45,075 bases of DNA from Nanobdellota archaeon (lineage in GTDB: Archaea > Nanobdellota > Nanobdellia > B33-G15), in NCBI GenBank assembly GCA_003660925.1, contig QMVD01000001.1, positions 1-45,075 on the forward strand, in the 5' to 3' direction. The notes beneath the pieces are model-generated. The model saw only the letters and a list, made by a program, of their open reading frames with translations, had not been told where the DNA came from and searched no databases. Below, piece by piece: positions 43,916 through 45,075 of the stretch. The stretch's first letter is position 1. Each line of letters opens with the position of its first letter. The translations under genes were made by a program, and so were the position numbers.

Positions 43916-44650
43916 ATGAAGAGGCAGGAAAGATTGAAAATCGCGGAAGAAGTCGCTGAGGATGTTCTAAAGAAGTATGGTGATATCGTGTTAGCTATCG
44001 GAGTGTGCGGTTCCGTGGCGAGAGGGGAGGATACGGAATACTCGGATTTGGACATGTTAGCAATAGTCAGAAGGAAGGGTAAGAAAATTTACGATCGCTT
44101 TTTCATCTACAAAGGGCTCCCGATCCTCGTGGAGTTTTGGACCCCCGAGGAGGCGAAAAAGTGCATCAGAAACATGTGGTTCAAGTGGCCCATTGAAGTG
44201 GGCACCTTCCTCCACGTGCTCCCTCTGTTCGATCCCGAGGGCGTTTTCGAGGGGCTCAAAAAAGAACGCGAGAGTTTGAAGGAAGAAGATTTCAAGGAAG
44301 GGGCGACTAATGCGCTGGAACACATCTATGAGTCCTTTCTCTCCGTGAAGAACGCTTTCATCAATAAGAGGAAGGAAATCGTGTTGTTACAGGCGAGAGT
44401 ACTTGCCCAAAACGTGGCCAGTTTCTTGGCGTTAATTAACCGCACTCACTTCGAGTCAGGAAAGCGGGTTTTCGACAAAGAGTTCAAGGAGCGTCCAGAA
44501 GATTACGATGAGTTGATCAGAGTAGTAGCGGGGCTCGTTTCTCTGGATCACGAGGAAGTTTACCGAGCTTCTGAAAAACTGTTCAAGGTGATCGTGAGCT
44601 TCGCGAAAAGAAAGGGGACCTCCATCGATGATTCAAGGATAAGGGTCTAA
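43916..44650 (+). CDS. Kanamycin nucleotidyltransferase ANT(4')-like protein
   Basis: ERLKIAEEV..DVLKKYGD.VLAIGVCGSVARGEDTEYSDLDM and WP...G.F..VLPLFD follow the ANT(4')-Ia N-terminal domain, followed by a helical KNTase_C-like region. Confidence 0.75.
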   Translation: MKRQERLKIAEEVAEDVLKKYGDIVLAIGVCGSVARGEDTEYSDLDMLAIVRRKGKKIYDRFFIYKGLPILVEFWTPEEAKKCIRNMWFKWPIEVGTFLHVLPLFDPEGVFEGLKKERESLKEEDFKEGATNALEHIYESFLSVKNAFINKRKEIVLLQARVLAQNVASFLALINRTHFESGKRVFDKEFKERPEDYDELIRVVAGLVSLDHEEVYRASEKLFKVIVSFAKRKGTSIDDSRIRV

Positions 44651-45033
44651 GGCAGCTTTACGAGTTTCCATCTCACCCTCTTCCTCTCCACCGCTCTCTT
44701 TATCCTCTCCTCATCCTTGGTGAGCTTGGAACTGCCGTGCTTCACTTCCAAGAAGATTATGTCCACGTCTCCTTCACCCGAGTAACCGTCGAACACTATG
44801 TAATCTATGGGGCTCCCCAAGAACCTGGCATCAGATGGCTTGTACTCGAATTCTGGGAGTAAAGGGGCGATTTGCTCGCTTATCTTCCCCTTCAAGACCA
44901 CTCTACTCCTCTCCAGGGCGTCCCTCCTTATCTTTTGCTCGAACTTAAGCTGCCAGTAGGGGAAGATCAGGAACTTGAGGAGGAGAAAGGAGAGCACCAT
45001 CCCAATTACCACACCCAGCAGGAGTTGGAACAT
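44647..45033 (-). CDS. Holliday junction resolvase-like endonuclease (Endonuc_Holl)
   Basis: N-terminal TM, KGKISEQIAP, RFLGSPIDYIVFDG, FLEVKHG. Confidence 0.9.
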   Translation of the reverse strand: MFQLLLGVVIGMVLSFLLLKFLIFPYWQLKFEQKIRRDALERSRVVLKGKISEQIAPLLPEFEYKPSDARFLGSPIDYIVFDGYSGEGDVDIIFLEVKHGSSKLTKDEERIKRAVERKRVRWKLVKLP

Positions 45034-45075
45034 GAAGAAATCTAAGCGGAGGGGGTTTATTACCTTTATGAGAAC

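Overview
Archaeal chromosomal window. The AG-rich codon style, split RpoB, shortened AlaRS and short intergenic spacers suggest a thermophilic DPANN-type lineage such as Aenigmatarchaeota (inference). The core is information processing: tmcA (partial), alaS, proS, mtaB, tyrS, aspS, a ubiquitin-like sulfur relay (SAMP/TtuB, TtuA/Ncs6, E1), and the rpoH-B''-B'-A'-A''-L30e-nusA-S12-S7-EF2-EF1a-S10 cluster, which is interrupted by unrelated genes at four junctions. It also holds tRNA-Lys(UUU) with two non-canonical BHB introns (15/16 and 59/60) and tRNA-Asp(GUC). The last 12 kb is accessory: solo Cas4-like nuclease, PfpI, a 34-aa acidic peptide, ASCH, hydrolase, NDT-like, wHTH plus nucleotidyltransferase, TraB-like, an AT-rich phospho-His-swivel plus DHH pair, ACT, a surface protein, an ANT(4')-like enzyme and a resolvase-like nuclease. 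No CRISPR array, integrase, transposase or rRNA was seen. Strongest oddities: the double-intron tRNA directly in front of the RNA polymerase operon, two proteins with apparently permuted domain order, two single-base frameshifted genes flanking tyrS-aspS, a dual-start lipoprotein/cytosolic PfpI and the acidic micro-peptide. All family calls come from motif recognition by eye, not from database searches.
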